A DNA stretch of 64,000 nt from Selaginella moellendorffii (taxonomy: Eukaryota; Plantae; Lycopodiophyta), in contig NW_003314305.1 of NCBI RefSeq assembly GCF_000143415.4, positions 1,336,834 through 1,400,833 of the forward strand. Reading direction: 5' to 3'. Every line of letters starts with the position of its first letter. Position 1 is the first letter of the stretch. The notes under the pieces are model-generated. The model did no database searches and was not told the DNA's origin. It was given only the letters and a program-made list of their open reading frames with translations. Positions 11,080-23,356 of this stretch are shown here, in pieces. Both the position numbers and the translations under genes were made by a program.

Positions 11080-12259
11080 AGGAAAAAAGTACATTCTTTC
11101 TTCCCTTTCTAGGTCCCCATTGCCACAGCTCGCCGTGATTGTCCATATCTGCGGTAGAATCCAGTGCGGGATTGATTGCTCAGGCTCTTTAGCCCGGGAT
11201 TTCTTGGACTGGATGGCTTCACCTCTCTTGCAATACCATTGATGCATGAGTGCGTGGAAGCAAATGTTCCAGCGGTGCTGTCTGCATGATCGTCGTATTG
11301 GAGGGCTTCGTTCTCATCCACAGCTGAGAATCTGGGGAGGGAGGGCAGATCGAGCTCCCACAGCTCCAGCAAATTGGTAAGATATCTTCTAACTTATCAA
11401 TCGACTTGCAAAACTCATGAAGCTCCTCTTGCAGGAAGGAACAAGCCGAGCTTCCACTATCTCGCCGCCGAATCCACAGCCCTCCAATACGTTCTTCTTT
11501 TAAACTGGGAACTGACAAGTTTCTATCCAGTTCTTAGTTCCAGACGCTAGACTTCGATGCAATGAAAGAGAGAAGAGAGAATCTGGACAGTCTTAAGCCC
11601 AAGATCGTTGACATGGTTGTCAAGAAGATGAAGCATAACACATATCTCTCGCTCGATTTCTTTACGCTGGCCATGAGAATCTCCAGCTTCCGGCACGACG
11701 TGGTGATGGTCATGATCCTTGGAGTCGATGGCAACTATCTTGGTGATCAGAGACATGCCCCGTGGAAACGATCTCTATGTGAAGACGAGGAAGCTGTGGC
11801 CGCCACATCGTCCGAGACAGCAGAAAGACCCCCAAGTAGGCTTGGATAGATTCAGCATGGTAGCAGTCCAACACCAGCTCGGGAGGAAGACTTAAACAGC
11901 CTACAAGAAGGAAAGCAACTCCGTGGATCTGATCATGAGTCACAAGCAGTACAGGCAGGAGCTCCACCTTCACAGCAGGAAGGAGTGGAACGTCCATGCA
12001 GTCAGGGACAAGTTTCTGGTCTACGAGACACTTCCTCACGTGAGCGACACCAGTGATGATCCTTTGGTGCTTTGCAGTCATGACAAGATCGTCATTGTTC
12101 GGCCCTTGTCAGTAACAGTGGACAACCGGGCAAAGAATGTCTCGTGGAACTCATTGGGCTTGCGGGAATGCAAAGAAGAAACGGAGAACTATACGGTGCC
12201 GAGCAGTAAGGAGAGTCAGTCGGGTTTAGTTCCAGGCAAAGGATGAAGGAAGGAGGAGG
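11080..12259 (+). pseudogene. Broken copy of the 48.4-49.6 kb region (upstream segment plus 5' part of the PPR-derived chimeric ORF)
   Basis: KHNTYLSLDFFTLAMRISSFRHDVV... and DLIMSHKQYRQELHLH... match ORF 48948; frameshift ~11740, stop ~11893; truncated by junction into SHPRH at 12260. Confidence 0.8.
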
Positions 12260-14796
12260 GATTTGCATGGCTTGCTTAGATTCTTACAAGCAGAGCCGTT
12301 TGACAATCATACTTGGTGGCAGCAAAGCTATAAAACATCCTTGCGAGGTACTATGTGTTTTTTCCTTTTTATTGTAAGTAACACTCGTTGCTCTCCAGGA
12401 AGGAAAAATGGGAGCAGTTGACTTTGCTCATTCCTTTTTCCGTGAGATTATGTGGCGGTCTATGAAGATCGATGTCATAGACCAGCTAGATATTCCTCCT
12501 CAAGAAGAGCGAATTACATGGCTCAAGTTTTCGGGTGTTGAGAACCACTTTTATAGGCAACAACACGAGCAATGCGTGAAGAGAGCCAGAGAAGCTATTG
12601 AGAAGTACTCATTAGGTGCTGGTCGACCTCTAAATCATATGAATACCTCAAAGTTAATGAACCCCTTGTTGAAGCTGCGACAAGCTTGTTGCCATCCTCA
12701 AGTGGGGAGTTCGGGAGTACGCTCGTTGCAGGCATCACCACGCTCATTGCAGGCCGATGGATGAAGTCTTGGAGGTAAGGAACCTTGGTATTAGAGTCTT
12801 CAGGTCCTAATTGAAAAAGCTAAAACTGAAGGAGAAGAAGCTCAACGAGATCTTGTTGATTCGTTGAACGGACTGGCAGGTCTGGCGATTATCGAGGAAA
12901 ACATCCCCATGGCTGTCTCCATTGACCGAGAAGCACTAGCAGCCGCGGAGGAAAATGCGACTAATTTTGAAGTTGATCCGCTTCAGAAAGTCCATATTTT
13001 ACACAATTTGGAAGAGTCACTCAGAAACTGCAAGGATGACGCATTGAGCAAAATTCCAAGAACTCTGAGGGATGATATGCTGATCAGTCAATGCGACGAA
13101 TTACGAAGGAAGTACGTCAGTGGCCAGTATGCAAATCTTGCTGCGGCTCAGCACGCTGCACACAAAGAAGTATTATTGATTTCTTTTCAAAAAAGCCCTT
13201 CTTTATCCTGCAGATCAGTCTGATGATAAATCTTCAAGATGGAGCCACTGGTGGCTAGATGCTTTTGCATGGGTTCAAACATCGAGCAAACGAAGTGACC
13301 ACCTATTGGAACGAATAAAGCACGGGCTGGAAGATGTAAATCGTGCTGGTGGTCGGAATGACAATAGCACAACAATTAGTTCTAACTGAATTGGACGAGC
13401 TGAGCATGTCGACAACAAGGCTATGTTTGCAAGGTGCCAAGGCTGCAGACGGCAATCCTTTTGGTGATGAAGGCTACGAGATAGCAATTAGAAACGCGGA
13501 GCTTACCAACGAAAAATTTGTTGCTGTTGAGAATCTATCTCGTGTGAAGAGGCAGCTCAGATACTTGAAGGTATTAGGCTTAAGTTTTCTTCTATTCGCA
13601 GCTCCTCTCATTTCCGGATTGCAGGGTCTAAGGAATAAGAAGGACGAGGGGCATAACAGTTTGGAAGGAGAAATTTGCCCAGTTTGCCACGATGGCATAG
13701 AATCTGGAGCGATGGTCCTTCCATGCGGCCATTTGCTTTGTGGCAAGTGTAAGTTTTTGGTGTCTTACTTTGTTGGTTTCCTGAGCAAATCTTCATTTTA
13801 TTTCGCAGGTTTGAATCTTATTGTGGACCGCCAGAAAGCACCAGCTAACGGTGCTGATTTCAAGCGCATTGCATGTCCAACGTGCAGCAGACTTATGTCT
13901 CTAATATTGCTTATGCCAATGCTGAAGCGGCTTCTTCGAAAATTGCGGAAATCCTCCAGGAAGAAGAAGAGGACGAAGAAAAATCTATAACCGTGGCAGG
14001 GTCGTACGGAACAAAGGTAATCTCGCTTTGTCGTCTGCTTTTTATTTTAATTCTATTGCAACTTTGAAGATTGAAGCTGTCGTCAGGAGAATTCTTAGTC
14101 TGAAAGAAGACGATCCGTTTGTGAAAATTCTTGTGTTCTCGACGTGGAAAGAAGTGCTGGACTTGTTAGAACACGCACTGAAGAGCAACAAGCTCAGCTG
14201 GGTTCGACTAAAGCCTCTCAGGTAATATCGATAATCTGTTTTACTTTTACTCATGTGCTCGTTTTGTGTTTTTCAGACAAATGGGTTCTTCCATCTTGGA
14301 ATTTAAGGAGAACATCCAAGTCATGTTACTACCCATACAACATGGTGCCAATGGCCTGAACTTAATAGAGAACACGTTATTTTGGTGGAGCCTTTGCTCA
14401 CCCCGGCAGTAGAAGCTCAGGCTATCAATCTAGTCCACCGGATTGGCCAACGTCTTAAGACACTTGTACATAGATTCATTGTAAGTTACGTACGTTTCTT
14501 CTGTTTTCCAATTACTGACGACATTTCCAGATACGTAACACTGTGGAGGAGAACATCTACAAAATGAACCAGCAGAAGACGAACCTCCTTCCAATGAAAC
14601 AAAAAGAGCAGCCTCTATCAGCGAATGACATGAACAGTTTACAATGAATCGCTTGGGACGAACCGAAAGAGAACACAGCTACTTCAAATACAGTGGTTCT
14701 ACTCCTGATACTTTCCGAGATTTAACTCCGGCTCAAGCTGCTGCTGCTGCTGCTGAATCGCGGCTCTTGCGACTACAGGCCAACGCTTGTCTATAG
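12260..14796 (+). pseudogene. SHPRH: 5'-truncated SHPRH pseudogene, copy 2
   Basis: Starts mid-exon (equivalent to ~2391), lacks ATPase motifs I-III and PHD; ~790-bp internal deletion at ~13360; frameshifts. Confidence 0.9.
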
Positions 14797-14937
14797 ATTC
14801 TTTGTAAGTACTTTCTGTTGCATGTCCGGATTCTGAACCTTCGTATTTTCTGGCAGAGAAGGAACATTCTTTAGTCAAACGATGAGCTTTCGGTAAGTTT
14901 TTCTGTTGGCGAGGGGTTTAGCTAGCTAGCAACAGAG

Positions 14938-17289
14938 ATGGGTGCCAAGTTTCAGCCCCTTCCTCGCTTCTACTGGACGAAGGCTGCGATCAGAGACCTG
15001 TGCCGGGACGACGATCTCTACGTGAAGACGTAGTATGGTAGGAAGTTGAGGCCGCCGCCTCGTCCGCGACTAAGTCGAGAGCAGGAACGCTTTGTTCACA
15101 CAGACCCTCAAGCAGGCTTGGATAGAATCAGTGGGCAGTGGGTAGCACTCCAACACCAGCTCGGGAAGAAGCAGGAAGGCACCTACATGGGTCCGATTCT
15201 GGGTCACAAGCAATACAGGTGCGAGCTCCATCTTCACAGGGGACAGAAGCAATGGAATGTCCATGCAGTCGGGGACAAGTTTCTGGTCTACGAGACACTT
15301 CCTCCTGCGACCGACACCGGTGATGATCCTCCGGTGCTTTGTGGTCGCGACAAGTTCGTCATTGGTCGGCCTCTGTCACTAGACAACCGGGCGACGAATG
15401 TTTCCTCGTCGTGGAACTCGTTTCCAGTGTGGAGCTTGCCAAAAGAAGGCAAGGAGGGAACGATCGCTCTGCCGGGGAACTATATGGTGCCGAGCAGTAA
15501 GGTGGCGCTGCCGGGTTTAGTTCCAGGCAGGGGAGCGCTAGTCTTCGATGCCTTGTACGAGACTGTGAAGGAAGGAGGAGTGAGCTGGAGCTCCGAGATG
15601 GTTGAGAAGCTGGACAGGCTCAAGCATGGGATAATGCACCCCCACCAGGTCTGCGTGGTTCTCAAGAAGATCAAGCACGACGCATCTCTCTCGCTCAAGC
15701 TCTTTACGTGGGCCAAGACGATCCCAGGCTTCAAGCACGACTTGGTAAACTACTCGACGATGATCATGATCTTGGGAGATGACGGGAACTATCTCATGGC
15801 CGAGGCACTTTTTGTTGAGATCCAGGAGCTCGGGCTTCGCCTTGACACGTTTGCAGTGAACAACATGATCCGCTGCTACACAAGAGTGAACCGGATCCAG
15901 GAAGCTCTCGACCTCTACAGTAAGATGCCATACTTTGGCTGTCACCCGGACAATTGCACCTTCGGCCTCCTCATCGACTGGTGCGGCAAGTTCGGCTCCC
16001 GGAAGGAGCTCCAACGGATCTTCCTCGACTTGAGAGCCTCCCCCCGCAATGCCGACGCGCAGACGTTCAACACAATGATCCACAACTTCTGCAAGCAGCG
16101 GGACTTCGCAAACGCCAGGGAAGCCGCCAACCAGATGAAAGCCTGGGGGATTCCATTCTCCTCTGCAACGTACGCCATCCTCATCCACATGTACGCCAAG
16201 GCTCGAGACTCGAAAGCAGCGGCAGAGCTCTACGCGGACTACCTCCGCTCCGGCCTAGAGCCAAACTTGATCGTCTACAACAACGTGATACTGAGTTACG
16301 GTTCCAGCGGCTTCCCTGGCCATGCGCAGAACATCCTGGGTGATATACGAAAGGCCGGCCTCGCTCCAGATCGATTCACGTACTGCACGCTCATAAGTTC
16401 GTGGGCGAGAGCCGGAGCTATGCTGCAAGCCCGGCGATGGTTCAACAAAGCCTGCAAGACGAAGGCCGGTCCAAGCATCGAGATGTGCAACGCGCTCATC
16501 GATGGCTACCTCAAGGCCCGAGAAGTGGAACCGGCTAAGTTCATCCTCACCAAAGTCATGCCGGAGAGAGGCGTGGAGCCGACGCTGCAAACGTACACGA
16601 TCCTCCTGGGCCACTACACGAGCAGCGTCAAGGTGGCGGACTCGAGAGCAGTGAGAGAGATGATGAAGTCGTCCTCGAAACCACCACCACTACCAGCAGC
16701 AGCAGCAGCAGCAGCAGGAGGAGGAGGAGGAGGAGATGATCATCCTGGCGTGGACGAGTTCCTGAACGAGATCCTGCAAGGCCTCCGCGCGATCAAGGAG
16801 CTCAAGAGCTACTCGAGGGAGTTTTTCCGCAAGCTGAGGATGGACAAGCCTCCTCGCTGGGGGCGATGGCTGGCGGACGCTCTCGTCAACCATCTCCACT
16901 GCTTTGGCTACGCTCGCGAGGCCTTCTACGTGTGGGAGGGGGTCTCCTCCACAGAGCTCTACCCGAGAGGGATCTGGGAGGACTGGCAGGGAGCGTGGTT
17001 TATCTGGCTCCAGGATATGAGCTCCGGGACTGCGATGGTGGCGCTCACCAGTGTGTCCAGGCGGAAGCTCGCGCGGGGATTCGAGAGGCCGGAGCGAGTG
17101 ATCATCGTGTGTGGCTACGCGTCGGACAAGAGCAAGGAGGTGACCCATGCGGTGAACAGGACGCTGGTGGCTCTAGACTCGCCGTTTGAGCCTTTCATCT
17201 CTATGGGGAGATTTATGTGCGAGGGGAACTTGTTTAGAGACTGGCTGTGGGAGAAGCAAGTTGCTATAGAGCTCACCATGGATGCTTAG
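14938..17289 (+). pseudogene. PPR-SMR copy 2: TAG at 15031, but long downstream ORF intact (possible restart at ATG 15187)
   Basis: Near-identical to 5900-8272; AAG>TAG at 15031-15033; only in-frame indels afterwards. Confidence 0.75.
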
Positions 17290-17700
17290 AATTAATATGT
17301 AATTAGCGCATTAATGGGAGGGTAAAAAGGACAAAGATTCGTTGGATCTATCCTTTTGCTTTGCTTTTTCTTAAGCTAGGAATTTTCTTAGGCTGCAAAT
17401 TAGCACTTATGGATGTGATATGGCAAGAGCGAGCCTTATGTTGTTTCAACTCAGGAAGCTGATGAGCTGAACACCAATGCATTGTGATGTATGATTGAGA
17501 TCTATAACATAGACTATTGGGAAAGTAAACATTATGGTTTGTTTGGAACTTCTTTGAAAGTGCAAGACTACAAAGAGATTGCAGACAACAAGTTGCGTTG
17601 TCAAACTTTATATATATAATATATATATATACATTTCAAGTACCCGTTATTTAAACAACGATGCCCAGAGCTGTTTATTTTATAAATACTGCATCATCTT

Positions 17701-18461
17701 CTAGGCAAGCTGGAGTAGATCATCCTCCTTGACGCACAGCTGGTGCCCCCGACGGTTGTAGAGCTTGCAACCTTCCCTGAGTGGCTTCTTGCAAGTGTGG
17801 CAAGAGTTGAAGTCGAGCGCAACACTTTTTGGACCTGGGCAGACATAGGAAGCAAACCCACATTCGAGCGTGCAGGCTTTACCAGGTCCTGAGACGCATA
17901 CTGATTTGCCATGCCCCAAGTCCATGCAACCTTGAGGAATGGTGCAACAAGTAGCGCAGCTGCCTGGCTTCCAAGGATGGACAGTGCCTCCACAAATCTC
18001 CACGGCATCCTTCAAGCAGGAGTTGTCATCACCATTTGGCAGTGGTGCACCAGTCTTTAAATTGTAGAGATGACAGCCATTCGAAGGCTCCTTATCCGGT
18101 GGGAGCACAGAAATTGGAATTCGGTTAGTTCCTCGGGATGGGCAGACTTTGATTTTTGGTGGATGACAAATTAAGGGGCAAGGACGAAAAGGGGAGGTGC
18201 CACCAAGACAAACTGGACTGCCAGTTCCAGGCTCGAGATATATGCATCCAGCCTCAAGCGCACAGCAACTGGAGCATCCGTCGAGAGTGACAACAGCATC
18301 ACTACAAACCTGGAGACGATGGCTGCTGGCTGCAAAATCATCTTGACAAGGCATTCAAGAAGTCAGTCCTGAAAGAAAGAATCAAAACTTGGAGATCAAC
18401 CTGCAGATATCAGAAGTAGCTGAAAGCTTAGGATAGTGAGGAACAAGAATGAAGCTGCCAT
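17701..18461 (-). CDS. Pin-II-like inhibitor, copy 2 (reactive loops CPLIC / CTLEC)
   Basis: Same two-exon structure, intact ORF, all 24 Cys retained. Confidence 0.8.
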
Positions 18462-20139
18462 GTTGTTGTGGTGCTGAACCTCGGGCTGTTTGGATTTATA
18501 GTCAGACAGAGTCTTATCTATGTGATGACTTGGCATCTGATCGATCTCTACAAAATCTCACGTTTTTTCCGGACTTGAAAGTTGCGTATGGATTGTACTG
18601 ATCGGGGGCCACCTAGCCTGACTCTCTGTGGTGAAACAACTCATATACTTCCAGAGAAGTGTCCCATCAGTATTTTGATTAGGGCGACGTGGCCGGAATG
18701 AATTTCCACGTTGGTTAGCGGCATGCCACGTCATAATAGACGAAGCGGCCATGGCAGGGCTGCTTGGCCATGGCGCTTCTTTCAACGTGGCCAGGCTGGG
18801 AGCACTAGGGTAGCAGCTCACAGCGCTGCCACAGTAATGTGCTATCCGATCGATCGATCTTGGTCTCGGGTTTAGCTTCTAGAGGTTTCCGGCTTCGCCA
18901 CAGCTAGTGGTTTCTTCCTCCGGCCTATGGCACCGCTAGAAAATCCTCCAAACCGACTCAGCCCTTGAAGAACAGATCGAGATTTAGGAGGAACAAGAGA
19001 TTGCACGAAAGGTCTTGCGTTGGGAGCTCGACCGGTGCCTAGCTGCTCTATGGAAGATTTGCCGTTCAAACGGAGAGTGCTCATGAGATTGAGCTCCATC
19101 TATAAATTCAATCCTTTATGAGATATGAGTGCCACGTCTGCATTTGACAAGGTGATGCCGCGATTCAAATTTCTGGCGCTTGGATGCCCGGTGCCTCAGC
19201 ATGGGTAATACCATATGTATTGAAATATCACATATTGAATGATTTTGGAACAGCTTATGCACAACAAGGGAACTCTTTTGATTATATATACACATTTGTG
19301 GGCTCAGCTGGAGGCATTTACAATATACAAATTGATTTCCTTGTCCTAATTTTAATCTTGGATTCCCCTTCTTTTGCCAATGTCAAAATTACTTTTGCCT
19401 GTTGAACTTTACTAGACCAAAGACAAGAAATCCATTTGCATCCATTGCATTGTGGTTTAATGCATTTAGTTGTTGGGTGTTACATGTATACTTATTCTTT
19501 CAAAGCCTAGAAAAAAAAAATCATTTGCTATAATCATACTCCTTTACCTTTTTCTAGAATATAATCTAAACCTTAAACCCTAAACCCGTGGCAAAATTGA
19601 AGGCAACAGGTCTTGTGTGACTTTAAGAATTGCATGCAGTAACAACTGGATCAATCAAGTGGTTGAGATCAAAATCTTCAAATTCTATAATAAGCCAAAA
19701 CATGAGACTCATGAGGTATTGGCTTGTAGTATTTATTTCCAAAGGCAATTACTGAAGCCTGGTGATTCAAGGCAAAAAATTGATGCCCTTTTGGCCCTTT
19801 TTGAGCCATTTTACATGGGTGTTTTTAAAAATGCCCTTTAAATATTAGGTAAAAATTACCAAAATTTCTTTTACGTGAAGGATGCGCTTCTATATAGCCC
19901 TTTTGTTCAAGGGCAATAAAATAAAATATTCTTTCAGAATATTTTTCTCTTTCTTAATGGACAATGAATATTCCGAATTAAATGAGCAAGGAGTCTCGAT
20001 GACTCTCTCAATTGATTAGAATTTGGATCGCATGCCATAGTTGTCTTGTTTAAGTTTTACACAGAAGAAATTGAAAGGGCAACAAGAGTCATCATTCAGT
20101 TCTCATACTGTACATTCAATCTTTTCTATTTCCATGCAT

Positions 20140-21043
20140 TTACTTGTAGATCTTAGGAAAAAAGTACATCCTTTCTTCCCTTTCTAGGCCCCCATTGCCA
20201 CAGCTCGCCATGATTGTCCAGATCTGCGGTAGAATCCAGTGCGGGATTGATTGCTCAGGCTCTTTAGCCCGGGATTTCTTCGACTGGATGGCTTCACCTC
20301 TCGCAATACCATTGATGCATGAGTGCGTGGAAGCAAATGTTCCAGCGGTGCTGTTGGCATGATCGTCGTATTGGAGGGCTTGGTTCTCATCCACCAGCTG
20401 AGAATCTGGGCAGGCAGGGCAGATCGAGCTCCCACAGCTCCAGAAAATTGGTAAGATATCTTCTAACTTATCAATCGACGTGCAAAACTCATGAAGCTCC
20501 TCTTGCAGGAAGGAACAAGCCGAGCTTCCACTATCTCGCCGCCGAATCGACAGCCAACTGCGACTAGTTCTAGCGGAGGAAAGCCTTGGTACGTTCTTCT
20601 TTTAAACTGGGAACTGACAAAGTTTCTATCCAGTTCTTAGTTCCAGACGCTAGACTTCGATGCAATGAAAGAGAGAAGAGAGAATCTGGACAGTCTTAAG
20701 CCCAAGATCGTTGACATGGTTGTCAAGAAGATGAAGCATAACACATATCTCTCGCTCGATTTCTTTACGCTGGCCATGAGAATCTCCAGCTTCCGGCACG
20801 ACGTGGTGATGGTCATGATCCTTGGAGTCGATGGCAACTATCTTGGTGATCACAGACATGCCCCGTGGAAACGATCTCTATGTGAAGACGAGGAAGCTGT
20901 GGCCGCCACATCGTCCGAGACAGCAGAAAGACCCCCAAGTAGGCTTGGATAGATTCAGCATGGTAGCAGTCCAACACCAGCTCGGGAGGAAGACTTAAAC
21001 AGCCTACAAGAAGGAAAGCAACTCCGTGGATCTGATCATGAGT
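20140..21043 (+). pseudogene. Second broken copy of the upstream segment plus chimeric-ORF 5' part
   Basis: Matches 11080-11940 and 48.4-49.3 kb; joined to SHPRH sequence at 21044. Confidence 0.75.
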
Positions 21044-23215
21044 CTTTTATAGGCAACAACACGAGCAATGCGTGAAGGGGGCCAGAGAAGCTATTGAGAA
21101 GTACTCATTAGGTGCTGGTCGACCTCAAGTTCTTACTAAGCCAGGAGTTGGATGCTCTCCATGAGACTCGTGACCACGTACTGAGTCGCTTACTTGAAAT
21201 GGATGGCGGGATGCAGAATCCGAATCCCGATTATGTGCAGCGCGCTGGACAATGTTCCCAGTGCCAGCCTAGACACACTGGGATAACCTGTGCTCATTGT
21301 GCTATTGATCTCATGTTTCAGGTACAATCTACTTCTTTCTTGTGTGGATAAACAGAAATATGCAAATAGGCGATTTTACTTGACGTCCCGAGCAGCTGAA
21401 TTAGATGGCATTGTTACTGCAGAAGACGCCTTTGTTTCTCAAGTACGTTCACAGGCAGGAGAAAAGGAGCAGCAGTAGCTGCGGTAAGGCAACTTCTTTT
21501 TGTTTTTCTAACTTTTTTCTTTTGTTTTTCTTTCCTTCGAGCTTAAATATTTCTTTTCACAGGTTACGCACAGATGTTCTGAAACGGAAATGGTTTTAAA
21601 AATTTTACTTGCATACATGAAAGCGGAAACGAACCTTGAGGAGGATGAGATAGAAGCCGCAAAGAAGCACCTCGAGTACCTTGAAGTAAACACTCCTGTG
21701 CTTATTTGTAAGTCTGTTTGACAAACCGTGTCAATTCAGGCATTGCGTAGCGAATATGCAGCGGCGAGACGCTTGACAACAGCACAACAATTAGTTCTAA
21801 CTGCATTGGACGAGCTGAGCATGTCGACAACAAGGCTATGTTTGCTTGCAAGGTGCCAAGGCTGCAGACGGCAATCCTTTTGGTGATGAAGGCTACGAGA
21901 TAGCAATTAGAAACGCGGCGCTTACCAACGAAAAATTTGTTGCTGTTGAGAATCTATCTCGTGTGAAGAGGCAGCTCAGATACTTGAAGGTATTAGGCTT
22001 AAGTTTTCTTCTATTCGCAGCTCCTCTCATTTCCGGATTGCAGGGTCTAAGGAATAAGAAGGACGAGGGGCATAACAGTTTGGAAGGAGAAATTTGCCCA
22101 GTTTGCCACGATGGCATAGAATCTGGAGCAATGGTCCTTCCGTGCGGCCATTTGCTTTGTGGCAAGTGTAAGTTTTTGGTGTCTTACTTTGTTGGTTTCC
22201 TGAGCAAATCTTCATTTTACTTCGCAGGTTTGAATCTTATTGTGGACCGCCAGAAAGCACCAGCTAACGGTGCTGATTTCAAGCGCATTGCATGTCCAAC
22301 GTGCAGACAACAGACTTATGTCTCTAATATATGCTGAAGCGGCTTCTTCGAAAATTGCTGAAATCCTCCAGGAAGAAGAAGAGGACGAAGAAAAATCTAT
22401 AACCGTGGCAGGGTCGTACGGAACAAAGGTAATCTCGCTTTGTCGTCTGCTTTTTATTTTAATTCTTTTGCAAGTTTGAAGATTGAAGCTGTCGTCAGAA
22501 GAATTCTTAGTCTGAAAGAAGACGATCCGTTTGTGACAATTCTTGTGTTCTCGACGTGGCAAGAAGTGCTGGACTTGTTAGAACACGCACTGAAGAGCAA
22601 CAAGCTCAGCTGGGTTCGATTAAAGCAGCGCAGGTAACATCGATAATCTGTTTTACTTTTACTCATGTGCTCGTTTTGTGTTTTTCACAGACAAATGGGT
22701 TCTTCCATCTTGGAATTTAAGAAGGAGAACATCCAAGTCATGTTACTGCCCACACAACATGGTGCCAATGGCCTGAACTTAATAGAGGCCCAACACGTTA
22801 TTTTGGTGGAGCCTTTGCTCAATCCGGCAGTAGAAGCTCAGGCTATCAATCGAGTCCACCGGATTGGCCAACGTCTAAAGACACTTGTACATAGATTCAT
22901 TGTAAGTTACGTACGTTTCTTCTGTTTTCCAATTACTGACGACATTTCCAGATACGTAACACTGTGGAGGAGAACATCTACAAAATGAGCCAGCAGAAGA
23001 CGAACCTCCTTCCAATGAAACAAAAAGAGCAGCCTCTTTCAGCAAATGACATGAACAGCTTACTAGCTTGGGACGAACTGAAAGAGAACACATCTACTTC
23101 AAACACCCCCAGTGGTTCTACTCCTGATACTTTCCGAGATTTAACTCCGGCTCAAGCTGCTGCTGCTGCTGCTGAATCGCGGCTCTTGTGACTACAGGCC
23201 AACGCTTGCCTATAG
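21044..23215 (+). pseudogene. SHPRH: 5'-truncated SHPRH pseudogene, copy 3
   Basis: Enters at the equivalent of ~2679, jumps ~2760 to ~3625 at a CCTC microhomology; frameshifts; CGA>TGA near the end. Confidence 0.9.
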
Positions 23216-23356
23216 ATTCCTTGTAAGTACTTTCTCTTGCATGTCCGGATTCTGAACCTTTGTATTTTCTAGCAGAGAAGGAACATTCTTTAATCGAAAG
23301 ATGAGCTTTCGGTAAGTTTTTCTTTTGGCGAGGGGTTTAGCTAGCTAGCAACAGAG

